The notes under the pieces: model-generated
What the model saw: only the letters and a program-made list of their open reading frames with translations
Told to the model about the DNA's origin: nothing
Database searches by the model: none
Part shown: piece by piece, positions 62,071 to 64,000 of the stretch
Numbering within the stretch: the first letter of the stretch is position 1
Layout of the letters: each line of letters begins with the position of its first letter
Program-made: the position numbers and the translations under genes
NCBI GenBank assembly: GCA_002633005.1
Contig: NMRA01000098.1
Coordinates: forward strand, 103,308 to 167,307
DNA: 64,000 nt
Source: Phoronis australis
Taxonomy: Eukaryota; Animalia; Phoronida
Direction: 5' to 3'

Positions 62071-62692
62071 GTCGTGACGGCTCGCCGGTTCCCTGGGTGC
62101 TGCTAGGTGGTAGCCAGCACGCAGGTAGCAGGCAGTAGCATGCGTTTTATCACTGGTTGATGTAACCTCGACAGTCATTGGTTAGCTTTACAATAAAGTG
62201 AGAAAATGGCGGACTATGGACGATTTTTAGCCTTGTCCGTGCAAGTGGCGTAGCAGCAACTATTTTGTTTCTGCAGTAGGCCTAATGTTAAATGGCCGCG
62301 TGCTCAGAAGCACATGTACAATAAACAAGCCGTAATCTGGTCGATTTTACTAGTGTGTTATTCATAATTTATAAATACAGGACAGTAGGCCTAACGTAAA
62401 CAAAAGCCAGTGACATTAGGAAGATGCAATTCGAAAGGCGCACCCACAATTTTCTGGGATTCACATTTCTTGAACATGAACTTTAAGCACCCGATTTGTC
62501 TGTACAACAGACTACGTTTACACTTCCTCCACCAGTCATGTCCTTTTGTTTGGGTAAAGTGCTGCTTGTTGAGAAATCCACCAGCCAATCAGAAACGCCG
62601 GTGTAAAAAAATCCCAAGGAAAATTAAGTGATCATACCAGGTTTGCTGGCTACCACCCAGCGTCATGCAGGGAACCAGCGAGACCGTGACGG
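62071..62692. mobile_element. Probable MITE bounded by ~50-bp imperfect inverted repeats
   Basis: gtcgtgacggctcgccggttccctg...ggtggtagccagca versus tgctggctaccacc...cagggaaccagcgagaccgtgacgg. Confidence 0.55.
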
Positions 62693-62787
62693 TTAGTCCC
62701 AAAAAATGGGACTCATTTTGGATGTAATGTGGTCCAAAACGTTCTCCTAGTTACTTCTTGCCAAATTTTCAAATCAGGCGTGCTTAA

Positions 62788-63490
62788 AGGAACATGCCAA
62801 CCAAAAAACAACTTAATTTGTATCAATTCAGATCGAGTAGTTCTACTCCATAACGACACGTACGGTTGCGTTACCTGACACCTGATGGCAGACAGAGGAG
62901 TTGAAATTATCCAATGACGTAATCGGTTTCACACGCAGTCTGTTGAGCAGTTCACAACACGGGTTACTGGTGTCAGCTTATCGCTTGAATTCATCGTTTA
63001 ACACCAATAAATCATCAAACTTCGATGTAAAACCCTTAAAAATACACCGAGTTTTTATAAAAACGTGTTGTTTTATTTTGCTCTTACGGATTTTTTGGTA
63101 TTTGGACACACCGTAGCCTACAAAGTTCGGCAGGCCAATGAGGTCCGTAGCAGGAGTTTGGGGTCTGTTCGGAGATAATTTCGAACTATTTTCCGTGAGA
63201 TACAGACAGGAGAACCTAGATCTGTGTTGTTTAGACTAGTGATTTTCTTAGTTCTAAACACAAAACGCTTTTTATCCTGGCCAGTCGCGGCCGGCCGGAT
63301 TGACTCCGCCGTTATCCCAGCCAGTGGCTCGGAAACTGATCAGACATCACGAACATAAACCTGCCAAAGGTCACTGGAAACTAAACTTCAAGCCAAGAAA
63401 ATACTATACTAGTGAGCCAAAGTAATGTGCACCTGATTATGTTGGTGAATTAGCCACGAAACTGCAAATCTACTTACTCGTCGGGGGCCG
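62788..63490 (+). mobile_element. Kolobok-like element related to 21517-22221 (may continue to the window end)
   Basis: TTAA|AGGAACATGCC start; shared blocks agatcgagtagtt, cagtctgtt, tactagtgagccaaag, ttagccacgaaactgcaaatctacttact. Confidence 0.65.
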
Positions 63491-64000
63491 CAAATTCAGG
63501 TTCGCGCTTTGGCTACAGCACCGTCAGGGCAGAGGTTGTATATTGACATTCATTATTTGAGTAATGTAAATGTAAATAAAGATTCCCCTAACACCTGTCT
63601 GTGGGATGGAAATCGAGCTGTTTCGCAACAGTTTCTGCCAGTAAACACAACAAAATTTAGCATTAGCTCACACAGCCTCGGCCGGTGTCCCGTCCATTAG
63701 TTTTATTGACCTAAAGCCGGTAACGCAGTGATTTATTCATTGCTGGCTTCTGAAATCATTTGCACTCACGAACACTCCAAAGGCATTACGAATTGCATCT
63801 AATGAGACGGACTTTGCTTCAGCTTTATATAAGTATTGGTTAGGATGAGAATAATTCATTTTGAAGCAGAACGCTCAGTAATAAACGCCAACGTATCAAC
63901 TCGCAATCCCGACTTAGGACGAGCTAGAGCTCATCAGTCCCGACTTCGCAGGTGGATCGTTAAGTTTTACAGGCTATCAATTCGAACAGGAATAGAGTGA

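Noticed and set aside
59400-64000. Upstream DUF229 exons
   Set aside because: No minus-strand segment with N-terminal DUF229 motifs was recognised; probably beyond the window.

Overview
Intron-rich, repeat-rich animal (invertebrate) genomic DNA, most likely a protostome, with three assembly gaps. It is not prokaryotic. The main gene, on the + strand, is a VEGFR/PDGFR-related (PVR-type) receptor tyrosine kinase. I reconstructed 21 GT-AG exons by hand (15896-49806; 3920 nt, all intron phases consistent, about 1306 aa without the signal-peptide exon, which I could not find). They encode 7 Ig domains, a TM helix, a split kinase domain with intact catalytic motifs and a motif-rich C-tail. Converging on it from the - strand are the last two coding exons of a DUF229-family gene (55645-57533). 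Introns hold pogo/Tc1-mariner derivatives, Kolobok-like fragments, several palindromic MITE-like elements, an inverted pair of tRNA-derived sequences and minisatellites. The most notable observations are: (i) a Helentron-associated (HINE-like) element family whose ~445-bp core repeat carries a CTCF-consensus-like motif about every 150 bp, with array polarity flipping between the two genes; (ii) one such element forming the 3' splice-site context of a receptor exon; (iii) a 58-bp triplication of the Ig7 splice donor that could yield a truncated, TM-less receptor. All functional interpretations are inferences from sequence alone.
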